DNA of 43,829 nt, taken from NCBI GenBank assembly GCA_000934665.2, contig KZ538863.1, positions 1-43,829 of the forward strand. Reading direction: 5' to 3'. Shown here one piece after another: positions 21,749-33,574 of the stretch; the first letter of the stretch is position 1; each line of letters opens with the position of its first letter. This DNA is from Catajapyx aquilonaris (Eukaryota). Position numbers and translations under genes: made by a program. Under the pieces are notes generated by a model that was not told the DNA's origin, ran no database searches, and saw nothing but the letters and a program-made list of their open reading frames with translations.

Positions 21749-22991
21749 ATGGAGAAGGCCGAATCACCAACCGCAAAGAGGCGCAAACTTCTGAAACCAT
21801 CTGAGGTGACGACAGTGTTTGACCTAATTGCGACCAGTTCTTAACGAGGTAACTTTTCCAGGGACGTGTTCTTCCGAAGGAGCTTCTCCTCCACATATTT
21901 TCGTACCTGCCGAAGCCTGCCCTGGTCAGGCGAGTGGGTATGGTCTGCAAGTATTGGGCCGAGCTTTCCATGGACTCGTCCCTTTGGCACGAGGTTAAGC
22001 TGGTCGGATACAGGATACGCCGGGATTTCGGACCCAAACTTATCGAGGGTATGACCCAGCTGAAGAGACTGGAAGCGACGGGATTCGGACGGAGGGGAAT
22101 GGACGAGATCCTCCTGGCTGTGAACCCGCAACTTGAAGTATTAATATTGGACTACGTCACGCTTCACGAGGATCCGCTGAATCACATTGTGACACGCTGC
22201 AGGAATCTCAAGCAGGTACTGATTTGTCTGTTGCGGTTGAAAAATTTGGTGCTGATTGTGCCGGTTTTTAGGTTTCCATCAAGAACTGCGATACGGTTGA
22301 AGATTGCCGTCATCTGCTGGATGTGTTCTCGCCATGCCCGAAACTGGAGTCGTTCTCGCTTATTGAAGTCAGCGGGACACGACGGCTCGATCCGTCAACG
22401 GTGCGAGACTGGCAGAGTTTGAAAGAAGCGCATATCCACACCGACCTTCCGTCGACGGACGCCGAGGTTAAGGTCATTACCGCGAAAGTCGGCCCGCAGT
22501 TGGTCAAGTTCACGGCCCGAAAGCTGATGGTCCCGAGGTCATACACGCGTATCGGCCAGTGCTCGAATCTGGAGCAGCTTCACCTGATGATCAACTACTG
22601 CATGACCGATTCGTGTCTTCAGAATGGCCTTTCACGGCTTACGAAGCTCCACACGCTGTCCGTATGGGACGCGACTTATCTGACCTCCGAGGCTATGAGC
22701 TCATTCCTGCGACGTCCGCACATACTCGGACAGCTCAAGGTTCTGGATCTGTCCAACAACCCGAGCGTGGACGACACATGCTTGTCCGCAATCGCCGACT
22801 CCTGCCCGCTTCTAACGCATCTGAAGCTGGTGTACTGCTACCGGATCACGGTCCAGGGTCTGATGGAAGTGGTTATGAAGTGCTCGAATCTGAAGGAGCT
22901 GAACGTGATCTCCTGCAGCCTTGACGACATACGCGAGGGCTACCAGCGGATGAAGGCGCTGAAGCCGCGCCTGAAGGTTCTCTGGGACTGA
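21749..22991 (+). CDS. F-box/LRR-repeat protein, paralogue 3 (~376 aa, 3 coding exons)
   Basis: join(21749-21805, 21862-22215, 22272-22991), with two 56-bp phase-0 GT-AG introns. It reads MEKAESPTAKRRKLLKPSE/GRVLPKELLLHIFSYLPK...VCKYWAELSMDSSLWHEV.../VSIKNC...KVLWD. Exon 2 is 354 bp, the same as in paralogue 1. Confidence 0.92.
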
Positions 22992-23670
22992 CCCAGTAGG
23001 CTTGGCTGGTCACGACTAGCGCTTGATTACTTGGTGAGAAGCGCTGAATCCGAGTTCTAATCAGTTGGGACCAGTCAGCACGATCAAGACAATTGATCGT
23101 TTACTCCTTTCCCTGCGCAGAGACAGCGCGCGCAATCATGCATTCACCCGTACATTCATGCGCTTATGCGGTATTAGAAACATAATTTATCCGGAAAAGA
23201 ACCTTCGTTATCATGTATTTCGTTATAAGCCGTCATTATGCAGTGTTGCACTTTTCTGTGTACTTATCATTGTTACACATTTTTGTGTCGTTTCAGAAAT
23301 AGTTGCTTTTATCTTGGCTTGTTAATTGTTAACCATTAAATTTTTTTGGGATGTACTGTAAAGCGTATACAACAAAAGGATCAGCAACAATGGTTTTTGC
23401 GACAGTTCACCTCGGGATCAAAAATGTGAATCTCGTGTTAATCGTACTCCATTGTATTTTTTTTGTGGTTTCAGTCTTGTTCTCTGGTTTACTGTATATA
23501 TTTTGAAGAAAGAAAAAAATTTGCACTCATTGTAATCATGAGCATTGTGTAATGTAAGCATGCATTTAACTGTAATGTGAATCATGTGCGAATAAATGCA
23601 TCGCTTTGGATTGGACACTAATTATTATTTTGGCTAATTACTGATTACATTCGTTGGGCCGTGCACATTG

Positions 23671-24876
23671 TTAACGGATTTCAACACCAAGTCTTTTCAC
23701 CGCATCTTCTCCGATCTTCTTATGCATCTCGTTGACCTCCAATTGCGTCAAAGTACGTTCCATGTGTCTGTACACTATCCGGTAGCAATGGCTTCTCCGC
23801 TGTTTCTTCGGATGGAAAAACTGATCCACAAGTTGAACCTGCTCGACCATATCGCCACCCACGGTCCGAACCAGATCGTAGAAATCGTTGGCGTCGAACT
23901 CAATGTTGCCGAGCCAGAAACTAATATCGTTGGTGCACTGCGGATATTCGCTGATCGGATTGTACTTGATCGTATCGTCCGGATCCGCATTGTTGAACTG
24001 CGATAGGAATCCGGTGTCGTTGCTCCAGAACAGCCGGATGTCCGGTATGGCGTACGTCTGCATCGCTAAGCGCTCAAGTCCAAGTCCGAACGCCCAGCCG
24101 ACTTTTTCGGGTACGCCACATCGGTTCAGGATCTCCTGCTGGACCATCCCGCATCCCAACACCTCGGTCCAGCTTCCCGCAAGTTGGACCTCCATCTCCC
24201 AGCTTGGATGCGTAAACGGGAAGGTCGCATCGACCCAACGTGTGGGCACAGGTCCAAACAAGCGTGACGTCAGGCCTTCCAGACATCGCTTCAGGTCTGA
24301 TTCTACCGTCTTATTGTCTTGTACGGAGAACAGCCGGACAGCCTCCACCTGATGAAACACCGGGTAGTGCGTACGGTCGATCTGATCCCGCCTGTAGCAA
24401 TCTCCAACCACCAAGAAGCAGTCCGACCCTGACCGGATAAGGTCACACTGATGCGCACTAGTGTGCGCCCTCAGCATATGTCCGGAATCCAAATAGTAGC
24501 AGTCGCTCTTCCGTCTGCTGGGATGGTCCGCCGGCACCAAAAGCGAATCAAAATTCTGGTGCACCGTCACAACCGGACTTAGCGCTTCATGTACAGCAAA
24601 CAATGAGTTGCTGTACTCAGAGTTCATGTACCGTACAATTTTTTGTTTAGTTAAAAATAGAGGGTTTGACCTGTTCATATGCAGTCCTTTGCCTATATGT
24701 GAGGTTATACGTGGGGTCACGTTGGTCCATGAGTCCGGGGGAAAACCAGGGGCCAAACCCGGGGCCAGACCCGGGGCCAAACCCGGGGCGATATGGAGCC
24801 CACGGAAAGCGTCAGGAAAGGTTCGAACTGCTCGGAAAATCTTGATGTAAAAATGTGTTCGATTTAAGGCCGCCAT
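23671..24876 (-). CDS. FARS2: Mitochondrial phenylalanine--tRNA ligase, intronless CDS, ~401 aa
   Basis: One uninterrupted ORF with motifs NFDSLLVPADHPSRRKSDCYY, MLRAHTSAHQ, YRRDQIDRTHYPVFHQ, FPFTHPSWEME and GWAFGLGLERLAM, plus the C-terminal anticodon-binding domain (DISFW...SHCYRIVYRHMERTLT...GVEIR). The likely ATG is at 24876 (aagATGgcg), followed by an Arg-rich, acid-poor presequence. Confidence 0.96.
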   Translation of the reverse strand: MAALNRTHFYIKIFRAVRTFPDAFRGLHIAPGLAPGLAPGLAPGFPPDSWTNVTPRITSHIGKGLHMNRSNPLFLTKQKIVRYMNSEYSNSLFAVHEALSPVVTVHQNFDSLLVPADHPSRRKSDCYYLDSGHMLRAHTSAHQCDLIRSGSDCFLVVGDCYRRDQIDRTHYPVFHQVEAVRLFSVQDNKTVESDLKRCLEGLTSRLFGPVPTRWVDATFPFTHPSWEMEVQLAGSWTEVLGCGMVQQEILNRCGVPEKVGWAFGLGLERLAMQTYAIPDIRLFWSNDTGFLSQFNNADPDDTIKYNPISEYPQCTNDISFWLGNIEFDANDFYDLVRTVGGDMVEQVQLVDQFFHPKKQRRSHCYRIVYRHMERTLTQLEVNEMHKKIGEDAVKRLGVEIR

Positions 24877-25565
24877 CTTTTGTGCCGCATTCTGACGGCT
24901 GCACCAGCTGAGTATTTTGCAGTGATATGAACGCACCGATGGAACATGTTGTTATTAATTAAGTATACATAATTATGTAAGTAATTAATATTCACTTGCG
25001 TCATGTTAATAAGTTTAAATTGGATCTGTTTTTTAATTTTTTTTTGCGTCGAGGTGCGATTCAGTTGTAGTTTTTTTTGTAATTGCCGCTAGATGGCAGA
25101 CGAATTGCGAATCGGTGCTGCCATCTGACGGCCGCGAAAAAACGTCGCAAATGCAATCGTCATCAGCGCCCGGCTTAAAATAATAGCTACTTTCAATAGC
25201 AGCAGTCGCAATTGGTACAAAAAACCGCGCAATAATCGTAATTACGAACATGCAGACAGCTACATGAACACGCACATGCGGTACAGAGCAAATGCAACGT
25301 AAAATTATAATCGACAATTACGCAATCACGCAATATGCATTTCGCTAATATGCAAATAACGGCTTTCGCACGTAGCTGCTGTGGTGTTTCCGACCCGATT
25401 TGATCAAAAGTGTCATGGCCGCTCTCATTAGGTGAAGATTTTGACGGGACGGGTTGGTTTATTTGCGAATATTTCTAGTTCCTGTTGGACGGGATGGGTT
25501 TGGATTGATTTGTTTGGATGGTCCAGTTCCGGTGTAAGGTGATGGGAGGGTTTGGAGACGGTGGG
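24877..25565. promoter_or_regulatory. Probable bidirectional promoter region FARS2 / FAM174
   Basis: The divergent starts are ~690 bp apart and the region is CpG-rich. A YY1/Pho-like AAGATGGCGGC overlaps the FARS2 ATG, and there is an inverted pair of CTCF-like motifs at 25086-25131. Confidence 0.55.
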
Positions 25566-27539
25566 ATGAGAAGGGGAGGAACGGGTGGTGTGAGAAGTTG
25601 GTCTGGTGTGACTTTTTTGGCTGTTGTTTTGTTGTTGGTTGGACTTTGCTGGGCCGTTGAGGATGTTCCGGTGGCCAAAAAGGAGTCCAAAAGTGGTGGA
25701 GGAGCGCAGACTGAGGCGGTGAAGGAAAAGGAGGACGGATCGAAGTTGACGAGTGGAGAGCAGAAAGGACAGAAGGGTACGCAGCGTATGCAATCAGCAC
25801 ATGGCAAAAAATATTGTTGCCCCCTTTTCTCTTTTACCAGAAGCAGACAAGGTCACCAGCACGGCTGAGCTGACCACGACAGAACCTCCGTCCAACTCGA
25901 CTGAAGGCGGCGGATTCACCCTCATCAGCGGAGTTGAACCCGGGGCTTGGCTTAGAGGCTTCTACGTTCTGGTCGGGCTTAGCGTCGTTGTCCTCTTCTA
26001 CTTTGTCGTCAAATCTGTCAGGTAATGACCCACTACGATCTACCTACATCTATAGTAAGGGGTAAGCTAACTCATGCCTTTTGGGAGGTGGCTTGTGTCC
26101 TTGTCAACCATAATTAGCCCCACCCTCTTTAAAATCGAATCCTGATTGGTCGACTGGTATAAAGGCGGAGCTTATTATGGTTGACAAGGCTTGTCAACCA
26201 TAATTAGCTCCGCCCCCTATACCAGTCGACCAATCAGGATTCGATTTTAAAGAGGGTGGGGCTAATTATGGTTGACAAGGACACAAGCCACCTCCCAAAA
26301 GGCATGAGTTAGCTTACCCCGACGATACGCAGCTACACTACAATCGTCATCTACAATAGGCAAAGTTTGTTGGGTCTGTTTCAAGTCCAGGCTTCCCGTG
26401 GCAATGAGTGGCCATGGCAATGCTGCTATTTCTGGCATAAAAGTGTGGGTTCAAATTGTGCCAAGGGCGGATGACCTTGCACAGACCTTGACATTGTAGG
26501 TTAGAAACTTAATTGCGGAGACAGTAATTTGTTGTCTGGTCCCTCTGACTGTTATAAAGAGATGAAAGTGACACAAAACCGGATGTGTTCAGGTGCAGCT
26601 TTTACTTCCCTTTTTTTTTTTTTTGTCGGACTTGCAGGTTTTTCCACTCGTTTTCAATTGCGAGTATGGAAAAGTCGATGCTGAAATGCATCGTTGCATT
26701 TTAATAAATATATTTATTTACTTGTCTTTATTTTATTCGCTTTTATGTTATTTTACTGATTTGTTTACCTGTTTGTGTTATTTATTTGCATATTTGTTTA
26801 TTATTTTATTTATTTATTTATTATTTAAATAATAAAATAATAAATAAAATAATAAACAACATTTTATTTATTTATTTACTATTTAAATAATAAAATAAGA
26901 ATAAATATTTTATTTATTTATTAATTATTTAAATAATAAAATAATTAATAAAATAATAAACAAATATGTAAATAACACAAAATAATATGTAAATAAATAA
27001 AATAATCATATTATAATTAAATGAATTAATTTGACAGTTTTTAAATTTAATGATTTTTATTTTATTTTGCATATTTATCTTCATTGATTTTCTTTAGATT
27101 TTTACTTTTATTTTATTTACTTTTATTTTATGTACATATTTATTTTTATTCATTTATTTACTTTGACTCATTAAATTAACTTATTTTTTATTTGTTTATT
27201 TACGTATTTATTTATTTTAAACCCCATGCTCAGATTTTGAATCTCTGTGGGGGTACGCACAGTCCTACATAATAATATACTCGTTCGTCCATAATTATGA
27301 AACTGAAGAGAGCGAGAATACAGCGTAAATATGTACATGAACAATAACATATTAATGACTAAATACAAGTTCTTAATAATATTGCATGGATCGCTTTCTT
27401 TTCCAGCCTACGGAGAAAGCGATCCAAGGCTCGGCGGTACGGTCTGTTGTCAAGCAAAAACAATGTGGAAATGACTCCATTGGGCGCAGAGGACGATGAG
27501 GACGAGCTGTTCGATGCCACCAGCCACACGACACGTTGA
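25566..27539 (+). CDS. FAM174: FAM174-family single-pass membrane protein (~174 aa, 3 exons)
   Basis: join(25566-25776, 25841-26021, 27407-27539), GT-AG, phases 1 and 2. It has a signal peptide (VTFLAVVLLLVGLCWA), a TM helix (GFYVLVGLSVVVLFYFVV) and the cytosolic tail LRRKRSKARRYGLLSSKNNVEMTPLGAEDDEDELFDA, which matches the FAM174 RRYG..EMxPL..DDEDD.LFD signature. Exon 3 is absent from the ORF track. An upstream in-frame ATG at 25518 is possible. Confidence 0.88.
26059..26320. repeat. 262-bp near-perfect palindrome with internally palindromic arms (probable MITE) in FAM174 intron 2
   Basis: It runs GGGGTAAGCTAACTCATGCC...GGCATGAGTTAGCTTACCCC, with arms meeting at about 26189-26190 and almost no spacer. 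There are four copies of CTTGTCAACCATAATTAGC in alternating orientation. Confidence 0.92.
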
Positions 27540-28924
27540 ACATTGTGCATTCCTCTTCTCTTTTTTTTGCCTGGGACAAGTTAACAAGATTGGTGCTAAA
27601 ACGACAGCTGGCTTCGCGGTCAGCAAGACTGATTTGATGACATGCGAGTGTTGTTTCCGTTTTATATCACTTCTGGTTTTAACGAGGATGCCAACTATTA
27701 AGCCTGATGCGGATTGGGGCACTAGTCCAAGCGATTGTTCATTAACTCCAAAGTTTAATTACAGTGTACGCCTTGCTACGCTGACAGTGTCACACAAATG
27801 AGACATTGAGTTGCATTTTGGGGTAATGAACGTTGGATAAACCTCCCTTGCCCTAGACACAGTGCCCCAAATAGTACTGTACGTTTCATTACAGAGATAT
27901 GGTCACGGATGCCACTTGTTAACCTGAATAAGACCCCTTCCATAAATAAGCCAACCACAACTATGCACTTTTGTTACTGTTCTCAAACCCCCCTTTTTTT
28001 AAATCTTCCCCACATTTTTTTTTTGGTTTCTTTTTCTAAAAAGAATAAATAATGAGCTAATCCATGATGACCTCTAGACAAAACTTCATTCCTTTTCTCT
28101 GACCTTGTGCACACCACTTTCTTTAGGGTGACACGACCCTGCGATGGGGAAAGATGTGGATGAGAGATACACACTTTCACCCCGTTTACTCCGTGCCCCG
28201 AGCAGCAATTTCAGTTTCTGCAAAAATCATCATGCGAGGGGGAAACAGCCCCCACGGAGCTAATTACCACTTCCTACACCCAATCATTATTAATACATGC
28301 GATGATTGCTCCATTTAGAGGAACCAGGGCAAAGGAATCAGGAGCAGCTCCGGAGCGGCGCAAGAAAAGAAAACTGGCTGTAATTTTCAGCTCGTTGGCA
28401 CTGAACTCTTAAATCTGCCTCATGGGTGACAAGCAGAGGCTTTGTGGGCCAGACCAGGGCAATCCAGCTTTCCCACCTCGTCACCTCGTAATCTGTCTGG
28501 TCTTCTACTCATTTAGACGCCACGAAGCACGACCTTTTAGGGAACTAAAACTGCAAAGTGCATGTAACTATTGATAAGCTTCAACAATTGCGTTGTAACC
28601 AGTTAAAAAGGCAGTGTAGTGTAGTGGCTACAAACAAAAAAATATAGCAAATATATAATTTACTTTTGTACACATTATTTGGTGCTTATCTTATTACTCG
28701 GATGCGTATGTTATTATGTTGAATATTATTTCATTGCATGTTTTATTTCTTATTTATTTTCATGGCCAATTTAATATTGGTTATTGAAACTCATTATTCT
28801 GATGGATACTCGTATATTATTCTGGTGATTGTTATTATTTTTATTGCATATTTTATTTCAAATGTATTGCACATATTTTACTGCATATTTTATCTAATAT
28901 ACACATGTCATTTCATATCTTATA

Positions 28925-29195
28925 TTCATTGCGTATTTAATTTTATATTTAATTATTTTCATGGAAAATTCGTTGTTTCAATGCATATTTAATTGCATAT
29001 TTAATTATTTTCATGGAATATTTGCTGTTTCATTGCATATTTCATTTCATATTTAATTATTTTCATGGAATATTTGTTGTTTCATTGCATATTTAATTTC
29101 ATATTAATTATTTTCATGGTGTGTTTGTTGCTTCATTGCATATTTAATTTCATATTTAATTATTCTCATGGAATGTTTGTTGTTTCATTGCATAT
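28925..29195. repeat. ~52-bp AT-rich minisatellite, ~5 copies
   Basis: The unit is TTTCATTGCATATTTAATTTCATATTTAATTATTTTCATGGAATATTTGTTG. Confidence 0.85.
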
Positions 29196-30508
29196 TTTAT
29201 TATTGTGCTGTGTGTGTTGTTATATTCCGGTGCATATTTTATTATTTTACTGCATATGTTATACATAGTGAATAAATTATTTTTATGGTAGCCTACATTT
29301 TATTATATTCGTTGCATATTTGATGGTTATAATGCAACTGCTATTATTCTGGTGCATATTTTATTTTGTTGCATATTTTATTATCTTTATGGCATATTTT
29401 ATTCTAATAACGCATATACTATTATTCTTGGACATATATTTTATTTATATATATATATTCTATAATCGATATTACTTCATTGCATATTTTATTGCATACT
29501 TTGATGTTTGGTTATTTAATTGTGTATTTATAAAATCCTCTTCAGTATACGTCTGAATGTGTCGTCATGTAGATGTTGCGCATTGATGCGGCCCGAGATG
29601 AAGCTTATCTCTGCTGCGGTGAACTGTTGCGTTACCAAGTGGGAAATTACCTGAGCCAGACTCTCATTGCCAGTGTTTGCCAGGAAGGAAATTGGCCTGA
29701 TTGCGGACCCAGTGCGGATGAGCTTGAACCTCCAAAAGAAGGAACTGGGTCAGCAGTGCATGGCAAGCACCCACAAAAAAAAAGTGTCAGAGAATAGGAA
29801 TAAAGGACAGGTGGTGGGGGGGATCCGAAAGTGGCCCTTCCCCCTACCTGATGAAGAATGGTAAATGTGTGAAGAGGGCAATCAGCATGTCTTGATGGAG
29901 AAGGGGGTGCTGAGAGTGTGTGTGTAGTATAAAAAGGAAGAGTCAGCAGCAGATAGATGTAGAGGGGGATCCATGGAGAGAATGGTTTTGCGCGCCAGAA
30001 ACCTTATTTCCGGAGGAAGATGATGTGGGTCGAGCACGTGCAAATGCAATCAAAGTCACCTGTCCAGATGAGGCTCAGGCCTTTTTGAAAGAGAAACTTC
30101 AAAGTGGGTCAAAGGACGACCTTGACCTGGAAGGAAGGAGGGGCGGTTCCTGCCCAGTCCAGGAGGAGGAGGAGGAATGAATGAATGGAAAGTGGTCGAG
30201 CAGGACCATGCCTCTTATTTGGATCCTTCTTCTTCGTATGATGTGAAGGGCGCCTCATCGCCATGTCCCCAAAGGGCAATTCTTTGGGACAGCCAATCTT
30301 CCTCTACATCCAGATTCGGTCCAGAAAAAGGACAACGTTCCCTTTCCGACCCAGGGAGACCGGTTATTCTCCTCAATCGGACATACAATCAACTTGGAGC
30401 AGATCAAACACGGATTGACCTTATCCTAATTTGGATCCATTTACAAATCGTCGTCATTTCACGCACGACAATCATTATTTTTAATCACTTATTGGCCAGG
30501 CGTGTATA

Positions 30509-30592
30509 CAGGGTGTCCACAAACGATGGGGCCAAAGTATTTTTAAAAAGATATTCTTTTTTACTTTGGTCCCATCGTTTGAGGACACCCTG
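30509..30592. mobile_element. 84-bp Tc1/mariner-type mini-MITE
   Basis: TA|CAGGGTGTCCACAAACGATGGGGCCAAAGTA...TACTTTGGTCCCATCGTTTGAGGACACCCTG|TA: 31-bp TIRs with two mismatches, flanked by TA. Confidence 0.85.
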
Positions 30593-33505
30593 TACTCGCA
30601 GTGACTCATCACCAACGTACATGCGGTACTACTTTTCCCCTGAGAGCGGCAGTAGTGTGCATACAGGGAGGATATGCGCCATCCGGTAGTGAAATATCGT
30701 ACTACGTCCAAGTGGGGATCTGGCCGGGGCAGTGTTGCCAAGTTCTTTTGGCGGCGGGTTCACTACTAGTAATAACTATTAACTAATAATAACATGATGA
30801 ATCACTAATAAATAACTAACACTAATAATTGTTAATAATAGTCTAACTATACCGATAATAAAATAACTAATGCTAACTAATTACTAACGCTAACGAATAA
30901 TAACAAATAAAAAGTAACTAATGCTAACTAATAATAACAAACAAAAGGTAACTAATGAAATAAATAACCGATATTAATAATGGATAACTAATATTAAATA
31001 ATAGATAACTAATATTAAATGCGATAATAAACAACTAATATTAAATAATAAGTAACTAACTGATAATATACTATAACTAAAATAAATTATAATAAGCAAC
31101 TAATAAAACTAAATAATAAGTAACTAATAAAAATAAATAATATATTAGTAATAAGTAATAAGTAACAATTAATACACAACTAATAGTAAATAATCAAATA
31201 ATAGTGAATAATAAATAAGCAACTAAAAATAAGCAACTAAAAATAATCAACTAATAATAATAAATTGATAACTAATAAATGAATGACAATAATAAATTGA
31301 TAACTAATAAATGAATGATAATAAAAATATAATGAATGACTTTTAATGAGAAATGGCAATAACTCGAGGTGATTTAAGGCAAAAGGTGCGACCCTGCCAT
31401 TGTTGGCAAATTAGTCACAACTTTGCTTGGAGCAATAATTATTATTGTGTCAACCAAAGAGGTGTTGTCACATAAGCTGCGCTTTCTTCCGGGATGAATG
31501 ATGAAAATAATAATAATAATTGATGAAAAATGATTACAAGTTGAGCCAACCCCTTCTTTTTCTGGCAACCGGAAGGCGGAAGCAACAATAAGTTCATTCT
31601 CTTCCTTCCTTTTTTTATACCACTGTTTTTTTTCGGCTTTCCTTCTCTTTTATTATTATATTCTGTCTCTCTCTCTCCCTCTCTCTCTCTCATTATTATT
31701 TGTTGCGTTGTTGTGTCTCCACAGCAGCAGCCAAGCCCACGCAGCCAACTCTGCTGGGATCACACGCGATGGAGGGATGCAGATTTCTCTCCCTAGACCA
31801 TGCAGAGAGAGAGAGAGAGATTATGTTATTATGCAAAGTACGGTAATAATAAAGCTCTCTTCCGGGACACTCCCCAAATCACACACTAGACCGCAATTCC
31901 CGCACCCAACATCACAAAAAGGACAAATGTATAATTATGCGGTATTATAATAAAATAATAATACAAAGAAAATAATAGTCACCAGCACCTTCTCAACCAA
32001 CTCTCTGTGGCTGACCATTCTTGTCAGTATACCGGTTTATTTGCCTTTCCACATTTTACATCCGGTTATTTATTTTTATTACATTATACATTAACAACTA
32101 ACTGTTCATTTATAACTCATTTTTTATATTTAGTGTACTTTATATACGGTACTGTATTATATCATAAATTTCACTTATTACATAAGTTATTATAATTATC
32201 GTGCATCGTGTTACATTTATTGTGTGAGATATGTTATATACTTATGTACTTATATATGTTACGTACTTATGTACTTATATATGTTATGTACTTATGTACT
32301 TATATATGTTATGTACTTATATATTATATATTATATTATGTTATATACTGTACATTATATATTATACTATGTGAGACACTGTATATTACATATTATAATA
32401 TGTGATATATATTACCGTATATAATGTGCTAAATATTATGTTTGAGATTATTGATAAATGTTACCAAATTTATGTGATATACATTGTATACATATTGTGA
32501 TATATATATATATATTGTACATATTTTATGATATATCCTGTGTTTATTATATCTTATATTGCGGCTGTTATTTTGCTTTATTTTATTTTGTTACTCGTAA
32601 CTATCTCTATAAATAATTTTAGTTTGATAACTGTTAATATTATGTTACGAAACATATTCTTTTATATTTTATTTTATTTTATTTTATTTATTTGTTTGTT
32701 TGTTATTTTACCACATTGAGAGATCATCGCGGCTCTACTTAAAGGGTATTTAATGTGGTTAAAATATTACGTGGCCCAAACCTATAGAATTTTTTAATGC
32801 CCATTTCGTACCCACATACGACAAGCAAATTTCGCCTTTTATGTAGAGTTGTAGATAATAACAATTATTATTGTTACAATATACCGTATATTATATTTCT
32901 ATGTGTGACATTACACTGCATTATATTGTGTTAAACAGTGTATATTCTTATATTAATACTGGCGAGAGTTTCAGCTTTGTCAACCGATTGATGTGTCCCC
33001 ATCATATGGACACTCCAGCAGTTGCTTTTCTTTCAAAGGCGGTTGCTGGAGTGAACAACTGCGAATTCGGGCAGACCCTTTTTTTGTGTGTAGTTCGTTG
33101 TGTTTTATTTCTCTCTGTGTTCTCTTCTCTTTCTTTTTGGTTGGTTGTCGCCTACTTTCCCATGGCAGTCCTGGAAGGGGGGGTCTCTCTCTTTCTCGGC
33201 CCCATTAGACCCCTCCTCCTCCTCCTCCTCCTCCTTGGCACCCCCCACTCTTCTTTCCTCCTTCTCTCCCAATAAAGGCAGACCCCGTCTCCTTCCGCCC
33301 CTCATTTGCCCCCCCTCCTATGCCCACTGTGCATATGTGCTGCAAATATTTTGTATTCAAAAAAATGACGGACCTTGGATTATGAACAGTTCAGTGGTGA
33401 TAACAATCATAGTGCCATCTGCCCAATCAGGAGGATCTGTGGTTCATTATTAGCACAAGGTCAAATAAGGAGCATAATTATTACACACCTGGTGAGTTGC
33501 TTTAT

Positions 33506-33574
33506 TCTTCTTCTTCTTCTTCTTCTTCTTCTTCTTCTTCTTCTTCTTCTTCTTCTTCTTCTTCTTCTTCTTCT
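33506..33574. repeat. (CTT)n microsatellite
   Basis: A perfect run of >20 units. It explains the poly-Leu ORF at 33375-33599. Confidence 0.95.

Noticed and set aside
24877..24936. N-terminal extension of FARS2 given by the ORF track
   Set aside because: It starts at a non-ATG codon. The first ATG, in good context, is at 24876.
28738..29556. Hydrophobic ORFs resembling membrane or mitochondrial proteins (also 26593-26832 and 32000-32720)
   Set aside because: They are translations of AT-rich low-complexity or minisatellite DNA, with no recognisable mitochondrial gene motifs.
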